NCBI RefSeq assembly: GCF_009914755.1
Contig: NC_060936.1
Source of the DNA: the human T2T-CHM13v2.0 reference genome, Homo sapiens
Length of the DNA stretch: 64,000 nucleotides
Strand: one strand, 5' to 3'
Position numbers and translations under genes: made by a program. Of the stretch, positions 1 through 12,954 are shown piece by piece. Within the stretch, counting starts at the first letter, position 1; each line of letters starts with the position of its first letter. Under the pieces are notes generated by a model. That model did no database searches, was not told the DNA's origin, and saw only the letters and a list, made by a program, of their open reading frames with translations.

Positions 1-39
1 AAGTGCTGGGATTACAGGTGTGAGCCACCGCACCCAGCC
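1..39 (-). mobile_element. Alu 5' end (element runs off the window)
   Basis: aagtgctgggattacaggtgtgagccaccgcacccagcc is the reverse complement of the Alu 5' terminus. Confidence 0.95.
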
Positions 40-195
40 TCTCTTCATTCCTTTTCAGGGCTGGATAATATTTCATTGTACAGACAGATCACTACCTTTT
101 GACTATGCAAACCTTTGACTAATCAAGAGGTTGATTCTACCCTTTGACTATTGTGAATAATGCTGCCATGAACCTTCATGTATAAGTATTTACAT
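40..195 (-). mobile_element. Old L1M 3' fragment
   Basis: ttgactattgtgaataatgctgccatgaac and flanks are typical antisense L1M 3' sequence. Confidence 0.7.
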
Positions 196-254
196 TTTGA
201 GAATAGTGATGATAAACACAATGATTATTTTTATTAGTTAAATACCATTAAATA

Positions 255-1050
255 CAAAGGATGAAGCTAGAGAGTGGATTGGTGGCTACCAGAGGCCAAG
301 AAGGATAATGGGTGTATTAGTCTGTTCTTGCATTGCTACAAAGAGATACCTGAGGCTGGGTAATTTATAAGAAGAGAGGCTTAATTGGCTCATGGTTCTG
401 CAGGCTGTACAGGAAACATGGCACTGGCATCTGCTTGACTTCTGGTAAAGCCTCATGGAGCTTCCAATCGTGGCAGAAAGTGAAAGAGAGAGTTGGGTGG
501 GGGGGTTTGCCACACACAAGGGAGCAAGCAAGAGAGAGTGGGGTCGGGGGTTTGCCACACGCTATTACACCACCTTCCATGAACTCAGAGTGAGAACCTG
601 TTCATCACCAAGGAGATGAACAAGCCATTCATGAGGGATCCACCCCCGTAATCCAGACACCTCCCACCAGACCCCACCTCCAATACTGGGGATCACATTT
701 CAACATGAGATTTGGGTGGGGACAGACATGCAAGCTATATCTACCAGTGGGGATGGAGAGAAGTTGATTAATGGGTACGAGCATATGGTGGGATAGAGAA
801 AATAAGACCTTGTGTTAGATAGATTAGCAAGGTGATTGTAGTTTACAGTACCGTGTGTTTCAAAATATGGAGAAGAGAAGAATTTAAATGTTCCCAGAAT
901 AAAGAGAAGATGACTATTTCAGATGATGGAGATCTCAAGTACACTGATTTGATCTTTACAAATTATATGGGTGTATTAAATAATCACATGTACCCTTCAA
1001 CTATGTATATCTATCATCTATCAATATAAAAAATAAATGAAAAAATTAAA
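255..1050 (+). mobile_element. L1MA-type 3' end, split by an MST LTR
   Basis: ggtggctaccagaggc lies before the LTR; ttgattaatgggtac...aatgttccca...actgatttgatc...aatcacatgtaccc and an A-rich tail follow it. Confidence 0.75.
313..742 (-). mobile_element. MST (MSTA/MSTB) MaLR solo LTR
   Basis: tgtattagtctgttcttgcattgct...ctgggtaatttataag...ggttctgcaggctgtacagg...catgagatttgggtggggaca. Confidence 0.9.
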
Positions 1051-2148
1051 AATACAAATTATATTATCAAATACTATTAACTGTTAACACTATTATTCTT
1101 ACGAATACTAGTTCTAATAATAAGCGTGTGGCTTGCCACAGAGCTAATTAGTCAGACCTAGACCGCAGAAATCTGCACAGTCCTTTACCCTCTCCACATC
1201 TTCCGGGAGCTCTCACTGACAGTCTCCAACACTCTGACAAGATAAGATCCGTACTTCTTTCTAGCCACCCCTTATTAACTCAGCTAAGCTGGATCCGAAG
1301 GTTGCACGCAGCCTCGCCTCACTTCTGTGACCGTACTCCTGGTACTCACTGTAATTATGGAATTGTGAAGTGTCACCCACTCAGGAAGCCAGAAGCCTTT
1401 TTCTCATTGAGTGTACGCCACAGGGGACTGATGCTGTGGCCCTAGATGAGAGGGACACAGCAGGCTCTTGTTGGGAGGGGACCCGCTTCTCTGCCTCTAT
1501 TCTCTACTTTTGTTGTTTAAAGGTAAAAGTCCGAAAATGTTGCCATAGTGACAGCACCAAATGTTGATCAAGTCCATTAGATTTGCCCAGAGGTGCGCTT
1601 AGCTCACCCACAGTACTTTCAGAACAGTTCTTTGTTCCCTCTCTCCTTCGTGCAAGAAACGTGGCACCCCCGCCGGAACCTGGTGCCCCGCAGGCTGCGG
1701 TGTGGCCATCCGCAAATGGCGACTCACTTCACGTCGGTCCTGGCTCCTCACGCTGCCTGCTCAAACCTTTTTATCAAGCGCAGGCCAGCGAGGCCCCACC
1801 TCTTCCCCACGTCCACTGTCCACATCATGCCCTCAGCCTCTCCTGACCACCTCTACGCAGTGTTTTTCCAGGCTGCCGTTGACGGTGCAGGGGTGATGGC
1901 AAGAGACCACTCAAATTCAGAAGCTGAGTCATATCCTCTGCTTATCTCAGATTGGGTTCATCAGGATGCTGAGTGGCGACAGAAACCCAACTTCCAGCTG
2001 TGCTGAAAGGGACCCCGGAGCGGGGCTGACTCGGTTTGCAAAGTCCGGCGGTGGAGACTCTTCAGGGCAGCCGGCTGGAGGTGCCCTAAGGATACCATTG
2101 AGAACCTTCCCTCCCTCTCTCAGTTCTGCTTTCTTCTGGGGTGCCTTC

Positions 2149-2826
2149 TGTGGGTGTGAATATTGTTCCCCCCAAATCTCATGTCCACCCTGAACCACAG
2201 AATGTGACCTCATTTGGAAATAGGGTCTTTGTAGATGGAATCAGTTATGATGAAATCATACTGGATTAGGGTACCTCCCAAATCCAAATCCAGTGACTGG
2301 TGGGGTTTTTGTTTGTTTGTTCGTTTTTTGAGACAAGGTCTTGCTCTGTTGCCCAGGCTGGAGTGCAGTGGCACAATTGGTTCACTGCAGCCCCAACTTC
2401 CCAGGCTCAGGTGATCCTCCCACCTCAGCCTCCTGTGTAGCTGGGTCTACAACCGCCCACCAACACACCTGACTGATTTTTGTACATTTTATGGAGATGG
2501 GGTTTCACCATATTGCCCAGGCTGACTGGTGTCTTTTACGGGAAGGGAGAGGGAGACTTGGATACAGAGGCACATGGCATAGAAGGCGATGTAGCAATGG
2601 AGGCAGACATTGGAGGGACACAGTTACACACTAAGGAGCACCAAGAATTTCCAACAGCCATCAGGAACTGGGAGACTCATGAAACAGACTCGCCCTGAGA
2701 GCATCCAGGAGAGTCCAACCCTGCCAACACCTTGATTTCAGACTTCTGGCCTCTAGAACTGTGAGAGGATAAAGTTCTCTCCCAGTTTGTGCTAATTTAT
2801 TATGGCAGCTCTGGGAAAGTAATGCA
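2149..2826 (+). mobile_element. MLT1B/C MaLR solo LTR interrupted by an Alu
   Basis: aatgtgacctcatttggaaatagggtcttt...ccaacaccttgatttcagacttctggcctctagaactgtgag. Confidence 0.85.
2303..2522 (-). mobile_element. 5'-truncated AluJ-like element
   Basis: Antisense Alu body with a (tttg)n tail; TSD tgactggtg at 2294-2302 and 2523-2531. Confidence 0.9.
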
Positions 2827-4482
2827 CCTTCATTCACAGGCTGATGCACACTCAGTGAAATCAATGATGGTTTCCAGCTGCACTCAGCTTGCCTCCCGCA
2901 CATGGGCTCTGGAGGAGGAATGCTTTCTTGCCTTGTTTTTGTGTTTCCCCAGTGGAGGGACTACCTAGGCTGCAGGGCAAGCCCATTCCTCAGCCTGCTC
3001 CATCCTCCCTCTCCTCATGGAAGGAAGAGGAGCTTAGTGCACAGAGAGGCAACATAACAAGCTTAGCCCAAGCTGCTGCTTCCTCTGGCAGCCTCCGGCC
3101 TGCAAGGGGGTGTCTTCTCATCTGCTCTGGGTTGGGAAGGCAGGCTCGGGGCAGCACAGAGCCAGGCCCTCTGGACTCACCATTATGAAGCTAAATCTCC
3201 AGGGATCCACTTTGTCAGTGTCAGAGCAGATGTTTTAATCTCTGCTGTCTATCTCCTGCACATATGATAGGACATCACCTCATAACTGCTCATAAAGAGA
3301 GTTCCCAGAAGCTAAGTCACTCGTCTGAGGCCACTCAGTGATGTGAAATGGCAGAATCAGCCTTGGCACCCCCAGTCTCTATCTTCATTCAAGGAATTCC
3401 TACCCAGTCTGCCATCCTACACGCCACCACCCTGAGGCAGACCGGAGGCCCCGCAGCACTCAGAATTCTTTTCCCAAAGGCGAGAATTATCCAGTTATCG
3501 GGACTGGCTTTTCTCCATCTTTATTAACAGTGAGCTGAGAACACGTGTGATAGGGGGATTAAGGACTTGCTGGCCCAAACAGCAGCAGAACTTTCTTTTC
3601 TCCAAGGTCCTGCAGGACAAGGGTTTCTTTTCACCATGATTAGCTTAGACCAATTAGGATCTAGCCCCTGGGATGGTGGACGGGGCCAGCAGAGGAGCAT
3701 AAATAAATGGTCAAACTGGGATCCTGTTAGGAAGGACGAGAGAGAGCTGGCACTGGCAGTGAGGATTTCTGCTCCATGAGGTGATTGCATAGCACAGACG
3801 CTGTGGGCAGAATTACAGTGAAAACAGTGTGGGGATCAAGTCCGTTATAACTAGGAGGACAAAAGAAATGGCCAAGCATGTGGGGATTAATTTATTTTAT
3901 TATATTTTTCCCCTAAGAGAGTCTTTGAGTTCCCTCAAAAGAAAAACCTGCCCCTTGTTTGAGGCTAGATATTCCCTTCCTCCTGCAAGTTGTCTGAGAA
4001 GTTGATTAAATCCATCACTCACAGCTGAGAAGAAAGGGTGGGAAACCCTAGAAATGGTTAGGGTCCCTGGGAGACACTTGAATTTGGAATCTCTTTAATA
4101 GCTCTTGGCACAAAAGCAAACAAGAGTCTCTCGGAGATCAAAGGACTTTTATCTTACTCAGTGGAGAAATCTGTTACTTCAGTCACTTATTGTTGGAGCC
4201 AAAAATATCCCTGGAGTGAGAAAAGAAGGAAGAAATGTGTTGTCCATTTCTGTCTTTATTGCAGATCGGGGTAATTGGTTTTCAGGTGATTTCTGAGCTT
4301 TATAAGGAACAATCTTTAATTGGGGAAGGCATGAATTCCTAGCTGCCCATCAGGCCTTCTATTCGAGGCTGTTCAAAATTGCAGTTGAATGTGTCATTGA
4401 CAGAAAGCTCCCATACTCATGTATTCCTCAATTTTTGATTAAGAGCCTACCATCTGGCATCCGGATAGTAGGAATTCAGTGG

Positions 4483-4902
4483 TATCATGAATGGACAGTG
4501 TCCCTCCAAATTCACATCCACCCAGAACCCCAGAGTGTCACTTTAGCTGGAAATAGAGTCATTGCAGATATAATTAGTTGAGTTTCAATGAGGACATACT
4601 GGATTCAGGTGGGCTCTAAATCCAGTAACTGGTATGTTTATAAGGAGAGGAGAGGAGACAGAGACACACAGAAAAGGGACCTTGTGAAGAAAGGGGCAGA
4701 GATTGGAGCTCAGGACTGCCGGCGGCCACCAGAAGCTGGGAGAGACAGGCACAGATGCTCCCTCGTGGCTTCTAGCAGAACCAGCCCTGCTGACACCCTG
4801 ATTTTGGACTTCTGGCCTCCAGAACTGTCTGAGAATAAATTTCCATTGTTTTAAGCCACTCAGTGTGGGCCCTTTGTTAGGCAGCTACAGGGAATGAAAT
4901 CA
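4483..4902 (+). mobile_element. MLT1B/C solo LTR
   Basis: ggaaatagagtcattgcagat...gacaccctgattttggacttctggcctccagaactg...aataaatttccattgttttaagccac. Confidence 0.85.
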
Positions 4903-4924
4903 AATGGTTGTGAGATGATTCACA

Positions 4925-5310
4925 GAGCTCACATTCCAGCTGTCCAGCCTGTAAAATGGGAGAGAGACAGTAAACAAGGAAACAAGTAAATAAATGTGAA
5001 TTTCAAAAGGATTATTGAAAAACATTAAAGCAGGCAATATGTTACCCAGAGGCAGGTTGCGATGGGAAGTCTATTTTGAATAGGATGGATGGTCTCGGAA
5101 GGTTCTTCAATGAGGAGGCATCTGATCAGGGACGGGGACAGTTTGAAGGACCAGGCACACAACCCTTGGAGGGGACATGCTCAGGCAGACAGGCATGTGA
5201 AAGTCCGAGGTACAAGAGAGCTTGGAGCTTTCACAAACAGAAAGAAGCCAGTGTGTGCCTGCCCCAGCGTCAGTGTGTGGAGAGGAACGGGATGAGGCTG
5301 CAGGGGTAGG
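4925..5310 (-). mobile_element. L2 fragment
   Basis: gggagagagacagtaaacaag...gaggaggcatctga...aagaagccagtgtg, a purine-rich antisense L2 pattern. Confidence 0.6.
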
Positions 5311-5623
5311 GAGCTGCCTTCCAGGTATTGCTAAATGCGCATAATATTTACATAAAAGAATAGAAACCAAGTGTCAGGGCCACACAGTTGGATTTGTCTA
5401 GGGAAAGGGTAAAATTAGAGGCTAGCTGAGTTTTAAAATAAGGAAGAAAACCGCGCCATTTCAGATGAGATTTGCTGCCAGTCCTGCCAGGGTAACGATA
5501 GCCTTTTCTACTCACCAAATCCACCCAACTTTTTGGAAAAAAAAAACTTGCATTTTCAGGTTGACTCTCTTGCAGGAAGGGTCGGGAGCCTATGGTGGCA
5601 GGACAGAGAGATGTGTGTCTCAG

Positions 5624-6070
5624 TGCACTGGATTGAATAGTGGCCCCCCAAAATGTTTATCCATGTAGGATCTCATGTGACCTTATTTGGAAACAGGGTC
5701 ATTGCAGATGTAGTTAGTGAAGATGAGGTCATGCTGGAGTAGGTGGGCCCCTAATCCAGTGACTGGGGTCCTTATGAGAAGGCCATGTGCAGACCCGAAG
5801 AGAGACAGGAGGAGAAGGCCATGCAGTGAAGAAAACAGAGGCTGGAGTGACGCATCCACAAGCCCACGGGTGACAAGCACAGCCGGAGCCATCCGAAGCC
5901 AGGAGAACGGCATGGAATAGATTATCTCGAGGGCCCTAAGAGCGAGTGTGGACCTGCCGACACCGTGATTTCAGCCTTTGGCCTCCAGAATAGTGAGAGA
6001 ATAAATTCCTGTTGTTCTAAGTCACCCAGTTTGTGACACTTTGTAAGAGCAGCTCCAAGAGACAGATTGA
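5624..6070 (+). mobile_element. MLT1C solo LTR
   Basis: ttgaatagtggcccccc...gtgaccttatttggaaacagggtcattgcagatgta...ggcctccagaatagtgagagaataaattcctgttg. Confidence 0.9.
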
Positions 6071-7599
6071 AGTGCATTTAGAGAATCAAATAAATCCCCC
6101 AAGCAGGAGAAAGGAGTACTTTTGTAGGTTTATTTTGTTTTGGTTTCTTACATAGCGTAAGAAGGCACAGTCACCTGAGCATATTACCAAGCTTTGTCAC
6201 TGATTCTATTAGACTCTCTGTTCTAACAGGAACCCCCAGGGACCTTGCTGGTTCCCACAGTCAGGCGGCTCCAAGTGTGTGGGGTCCCACATGGGCTACA
6301 CATCTTAGCATTGCTGGCAAAACCACTGGGGCGAGGTTCCCTTCCTCTTCCTTCCTCAGTTTCCTTCCCCACCACCTCCACAGCAGTAAGATAGACCCAA
6401 CGGACTTCACTGAGGATTTGTAGTTGATTTTGGAGACAGGACGTTTCCATTCCTGGGAAGGGATGGGAGTTCAGCAGGCATCCCATTTAGAAAGGAACTG
6501 AGTGAGGGCCCACTGTGAAATCTTTGGTGGAAACCAGGCTTTGCAATAGAAAATGCAGCTGTAGAATGTTGGGGAAACAGGCTCTGAAGCTCTGTGTCAC
6601 AGACATGCAAAGACCACAATACAACTTATAATTACGCCTATTCATGGACCTCTGGTGTCAAGGGGTGGGGAGGAAGAGACTGTCTCTGTCCCATTATTTT
6701 TAACAGCTTTTTATTTAAACAATTTTAATGTTATATCACCTCAAGTTAATTTTTTTGTCTCATTATTAATATTATTGTTATTATTTTGACCACAGGTACA
6801 GAATTGGCTTAATCATAACCCTTGTTCCAAGATACACTCCTTTCCTGGGGCCATCTGTGACTCACTCATATTTACATAGTTATTTGTTTATTTTTAAATA
6901 GTGTAATGAGTACCTGGGAACCCACCACCCGCAACTAAAGCTGGGACCTTAACAATATATCCATGTGACCTCAATTTTTTGAATAGCTATCACCCTTATG
7001 TACTTTAGAATGCAGTTACATAAATATCCTGAGGGCTTGATCTTTTCTGTTGCTCAGTAACCAAATCTGTTTCAGGCATGTGTTTAATTCCCATGTGGGA
7101 CTTTTTGGCTGCTCAAAACCACATATTCCATCATAATCTTCTGAGAAGACTCTTATCTTCTCTACTGACCTGCACCAAATGCAGTTCTGTACTCATTTTT
7201 TTTTTCCTAAGCAAAACTTTCTCCTTTCTTAACTGATTTCTTTGAGGAACAAAGCCAAGAGCAACTGGGTTGCCATGTGGTTATACAATAAAAAGAAGTA
7301 AGAACAGACGTTCAGTAAACTCAGCTGATAACACGTTTATCTGTTCAAGCCAGAAATGTTTATCAATTGTTTAGGGGTCCGGATCTTGGTACTGGATGTT
7401 CAAATACCAGATGATGAAACATGAAGGAAGAAAACTGGGCAAACTCACATCTATGGAGAAACAAACCCGCCCACAAACAAGATGAGTCAAGCTGAAAAGA
7501 AAGTTTGATATAGTCTACATTTCTTTTCTGTTTCCTTTTACATAATTCCCTTAGGAACTTTTTTTCTTAAAGGAGCACTTTAGAGGAGAATAAAGGTTA

Positions 7600-7907
<308 letters not shown>

Positions 7908-8039
7908 GTTATAAATTAGTGGAAATTGTAAAGATCTCAGAAACAAGTAAATTTTGGCTCTGCCATTTGTGCTATGGTCTCAGAGAAGACATCAAAAATA
8001 TAGACAGTTTGGAAAGAGGACAGTGTATGTGAGTTAGTT

Positions 8040-8150
8040 TAGACAAGAAGTGTTTATTGAGGACCTGTTGGATGTCAGGCTGGGGCTCGGCTTTGAGGAC
8101 ATGGTGGTGAAAAAAACAGACACGGATCTCACCCTAACTCTTACTGAGGA
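8040..8150 (-). mobile_element. L2 3' end fragment
   Basis: tttattgaggacctg...tgtcaggc...ggacatggtggtgaaaaaaacagacacg. Confidence 0.65.
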
Positions 8151-8444
8151 ATGAATCAAAAACAGAAGTTTGGAAAAAATACTGAACTTGACTTGTGTTT
8201 GAAGATAAATTCCTAGAGGACCAGTTTTGAGTTTCCTTTTCTTTTTTGCTGGACCACAAATGGCTCTTTATCAGTAATGAAAAACAACTCCAAATTTCTA
8301 GTTCTCCAAATCTCTGGAGAGCAGGTGCTGGAAAAGTGATGTTACTTGCATTTTCCTGGCATCGTACATGTAACCAACCTACTGGCTAAAGGCCCATTAG
8401 AAATCATTTTGTGTACTTAAATGATAAGTAGAAACACACACTCC

Positions 8445-8790
8445 CCTAGAGGACTAATTTGACTTGCTAAAGGCTTTTGCACGAGAACAACAGGGGTCAT
8501 TATGTGTTCTTGTGGTGCATGACATCACTACAGCTTCAAGAGTTAATTACATTCTTAATTACAGCTTTGTATTGAATTAGGAAAACTATCATCCATAACG
8601 TAATTGAAACCCTGCTGAGATCGCGTCTGTTGCCAGCTAATTGCATGCCATTTTTTACTAAACTTTAAATAAAAACCAGTATTTCATTTGCCTCAGCTTT
8701 AATTAATTGACAGGAGACACTTAATTGGGGTTTTATCAATAGATTGGATACGTTAAAGTGATCACGGAGAGATGTGTTGCATTCTAGCAT
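8445..8790. promoter_or_regulatory. Candidate homeodomain-rich enhancer / conserved non-coding element
   Basis: About nine TAATT cores in ~280 bp plus TGACAG (8708-8713) in non-repeat sequence. Confidence 0.55.
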
Positions 8791-9358
8791 AGCAGCCTTA
8801 AAATATTGAACTGGCATATGCTTTCATGACAGTTAGGAAAGAAACCTGAGTAGAAGTAATTTGTTGCTCCAAGAAAAGAGTACTCCAGCAGGAGTCAGAA
8901 GTTGTGGGCCCTCACCTTGCAGGGGATCCTTTCTTACCATGGCAAAAACACTTCCCCCCAGACCTTACTTCCCCTAGAGCTTACGCATCTCCATCTCCAT
9001 CATGACAGTTGGGTGGATCTTAAAAATCCCTGTTAACTCATATCCTACTTTTGTGACTTAGACTGAGATGTTCCAGTGAGGGAGGGTAAATACGATGTTG
9101 GCCATAAGGCAAACTGCTTAGGATCTGGAGTCTCTGCTCGTCTTTGTAGAGCAGGCCTCCTTTGTGGTCAGCCACAGAAGCCCTGTGGTTGCCCTAATAG
9201 AGAAGGAATTACAAGAAAGACATTAGGATGATCAAGATCAGTAATATCACACTTATCAGTTAACAAGAACACAATGACCTTGTCAGAGGGTTGCTAATGG
9301 AATGCTAACTCCTGCATCTTTTTTTCTCTGACTCCCTCCACTCAAGATTTGCAGTCCC

Positions 9359-9408
9359 GAGAGAGAGAGAGAGAGAGACAGAGAGACAGAGTGTGTGTGT
9401 GTGTCTGT
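9359..9408. repeat. (GA)n/(GT)n compound microsatellite
   Basis: Read directly. Confidence 0.95.
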
Positions 9409-9551
9409 CTGTTGGGCCAAGTGCGGTTCACGTGTTCTGTTTTGACTGAGGGAGTACAGGACCCCTTGCCTTAGTCTTGGAGAGGCTGTTACCATGAGAA
9501 GCAATTGGAGTGCTGTCACCAAAGGAAGGGATATTAAAAAATGGGCCACCA

Positions 9552-9993
<442 letters not shown>

Positions 9994-10489
9994 TCAATGT
10001 AAAGATTATCATCTCAAGGATATTGAAAAAGAAAGAAAGAAAAAAAACCTGTTGAATCAGCCCTATAGTCCAATAAGGCACAACCCAAGTCGCCAAAAGT
10101 TGTTAGTTAGGAACGCTCCTGTTTTTGTTTCTGTAGGTGGTTTTTTTCTAAGTATATTTTTCTCGGATGAATTGCCCTTGTCATAAAATTAATTCCTTTT
10201 ATTTCACTATTCAAGCTTCAGTGAAGTGTGAGATCAAGTGAGACTGCCTGTAAACTTTCTTTTTCTTTTTTTTTGCATTTTGAATGTCTACAAATCTCCA
10301 TTTTGTGGAATTGTGTGAGACAATTTTGTTATTGTTGACTTCCATTGATTAGTGAGCATAGCTGTTTCTTGAATTATTTGTTGTGCCAAAATATTTAGGA
10401 TTTGTATCCCTTTCATTTCTATTATTTTGCTGATTTTTTATTTACCTTTTAAAGTCTAGTTGACAATAACATATTCAAAAGGTGAAGAT

Positions 10490-10799
10490 GGCCAGGTGCA
10501 AGGGCTCATGCCTGTAATCCCAACACTTAGGTAGGCCAAGGCAGGAGGATCGCTTAAGCCCAGGAGTTTGAGAACAGCCTGGGAAATATGGTAAGACCTC
10601 ATCTCTACAAAAAAATTAAAAAATATTAGTCAGGAGTGTTGGCTCATGCCTTTAGTTCCAGCTAGCTACTTGGGAGGCTGAGGTGGAAGGATCACTTGCA
10701 CCTGGGAGATAAGAGGTCAAGGCTGCAGTGAGCTGAGATCACACCAGTGTACTCCAGCCTGGGCGACACAGCAAGACCCTGTCTCAAAAATGAAACAAA
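10490..10799 (+). mobile_element. AluJ, full length
   Basis: Diverged Alu with AluJ diagnostics (gcccaggagttt, aggctgcagtgagc); TSD aaaaggtgaagat. Confidence 0.9.
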
Positions 10800-11144
10800 A
10801 AAAGGTGAAGATAAATACAAAAAAAAAAAAGAAAGAAAAAGGTGAAGATATCAACATTTAATAATAAAGGATTTTAAAATAGGCCTCCAAGAAATGAGAT
10901 GCCATCACCAATGTCCATTTTCGGATTGTTGATGTGAGGCCCATGCTCTAGGGGTGTGTCAATTAGGCACACAATTGTTTGCCTGCAATAGAAATTGATT
11001 TGGGATAATTTAAGCAAAAGCAGACCTGTCAGAGCCCTATCAGGGACTCACAAAACCTGGCTTGTAAACCATTAACACTAAAGAGGAGCCCAGCCATGAT
11101 TTGTAGGAGGAGCTGAGGTCCCTGTCCAGGCTGCCATTTTTGAA

Positions 11145-11145
11145 A

Positions 11146-11187
<42 letters not shown>
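11145..11187. repeat. (AAT)n trinucleotide microsatellite
   Basis: Read directly, about 14 units. Confidence 0.95.
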
Positions 11188-11188
<1 letters not shown>

Positions 11189-11249
11189 CCAACATTTCTT
11201 TTGCCCTTATGATGACACTGCTTAAGATTAAACATCTTGGAGAAACTGT

Positions 11250-11835
11250 CTTTCAGTGGGGAAATGGTTAAACAAACCGTGTACCATGGAATACCACTTA
11301 GCAATTAAAAGGAGGAAACTGTCGATACTCACAGCAACTTGGAGGAACCTCCAAGGAAGTATGCTGAGTGACAAGAAGCCAACGTCAGAAGGCTGCATAT
11401 CATATGATCCCACCCAAATAACATTTTTGAAAAGACAAAATGTCAGAAATGGAGAAGAGATTAGTGAGTTCCAGGTGTTAGAGATGGAGAGGGTGGTGGA
11501 GGGATGCAGCTCTGGCTATAAAGGGAGAAAGGAGGGCTCCTTGTGTAGATAGAAATCTCTGTATCCTTACCTGGTGGGGGTGGACATACAACCTACACAT
11601 GGGAAAACATTGTTACAACTAAAGACACAACCACATGTACATGTGCAAGTAAAACTGTGGACATCTCAGAAAAGATCAGAGAATTGCATCAGTGTCCATA
11701 TCCTGATTGTGGTAGTGTACTATTATTTTGTAAGATGTCATTATTGGGAGAAACTGGGTAGAGAGTCCATGAGATCTCTTTGTATTATTTCTTACAAATA
11801 CATGTACACCTCTAATCATCTCAATAAAAACTTTC
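11250..11835 (+). mobile_element. L1MC/L1MD-type 3' end
   Basis: ccatggaataccacttagcaattaaaagg...tatgctgagtga...tctctttgtattatttcttacaa...aataaaa. Confidence 0.8.
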
Positions 11836-11974
11836 AGTTCAAGAAAGACATTCTCGGAGATCACCTCTTTGGCCTATTGCCTAACTCCAATGAGACTGAA
11901 GACAGGATGTAGTGGAAGGTCCAGCAGAGACCCTAAGGCTTGTGTGGTGGAAAGCCAGGACTTTGGCCCACCTG

Positions 11975-12485
11975 AAGTGCCAGAATGTATCTCCCCAGAA
12001 TGACCATAGTGATATTACCAGACCCACACACTCTCCCAGAATCTTACTACTTCTCAATAAGAGATAGAAACTATTTTCCGTCCTCTCGAACCTGAGATGT
12101 TTTGTGACTTATCTGATGAATCAAATTTGCTGGGTATAAAAGTTGATGTGGCTTCTGCCAGCCTCCATCTGTCTCTCTTGGGTTGCTTGCCCTTGGAACC
12201 CAGCCACCATGTTGTGAGGAAGCTCAAGCCATGTAGAGAGGCTGCCTGTAAGTGTTCCCGCTGACAGTCCAGCTGAAAGACAACTCTGCTGCTAGATGTG
12301 AGTGACTGAGCTTCTCCATGGTTCTAACCCCAGCATTTGAACCGCCTTGAGTAATACCATGTGGAGCTGAGGCAAGACGTCCTGGCAGAGCCCTGCCCAA
12401 ATGACAGATTCATGAGTGAAATAAATGTTGCTTTAAGACAGAAATTTTTGGAATGGTTTTGACACAGCAATAAGTTACTGGACTA
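11975..12485 (+). mobile_element. MLT1G/H-type solo LTR
   Basis: cttggaacccagccaccatgttgtgaggaagc...gagccctgcccaaatgacagattcatgag...aataaatgttgctttaag. Confidence 0.8.
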
Positions 12486-12954
12486 CCTTCTTTCCAAACA
12501 CTACACACAGTGGGAAAGAGGAAATTCCCTGTTAGGAGGATGCTGGACAGCAAAAAACAACATATGGCTACGCCATGGGGGTCTGAGTCAATTTCATCTT
12601 TTCGCACGCCCGTCACTCCTAAGAGCTCACTTCAGAGACTCTGGGGAGTTCAAAGGACATCAGTAACCAACAGAAATAGGTCTGAGAAACTGCCCCAAAA
12701 GACCCTTGTGAAGCATCTAGTGGGTGCTACTTTATTTAATATTTTGTGCACCAATTATATGTAAGCATGGAATAATCTCTAGCCAAAACAGCTCTGTTTT
12801 CTTTAAGGTTTCTTGAGTTTTACATAGATTAACTCTTTAACCATGCCCTTCTGTCCATATTGGAGGAGAGATATCCATTGAAATGACAAACAGGAGGAAT
12901 AGGCCCAGGGAAGATTAAATATGCAATATTATTATGTAAAAGAAGGCAGAACCC

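Noticed and set aside
1593-2006. 137-aa ORF and overlapping ORFs in the GC-rich patch
   Set aside because: Non-ATG start, no recognisable domain, and several frames open simply because GC-rich DNA is poor in stop codons.
4483-6070. Two co-oriented MLT1 LTRs as a full MaLR provirus
   Set aside because: The intervening ~720 bp is L2-like and unique sequence rather than MLT1 internal sequence, and the LTRs differ substantially.
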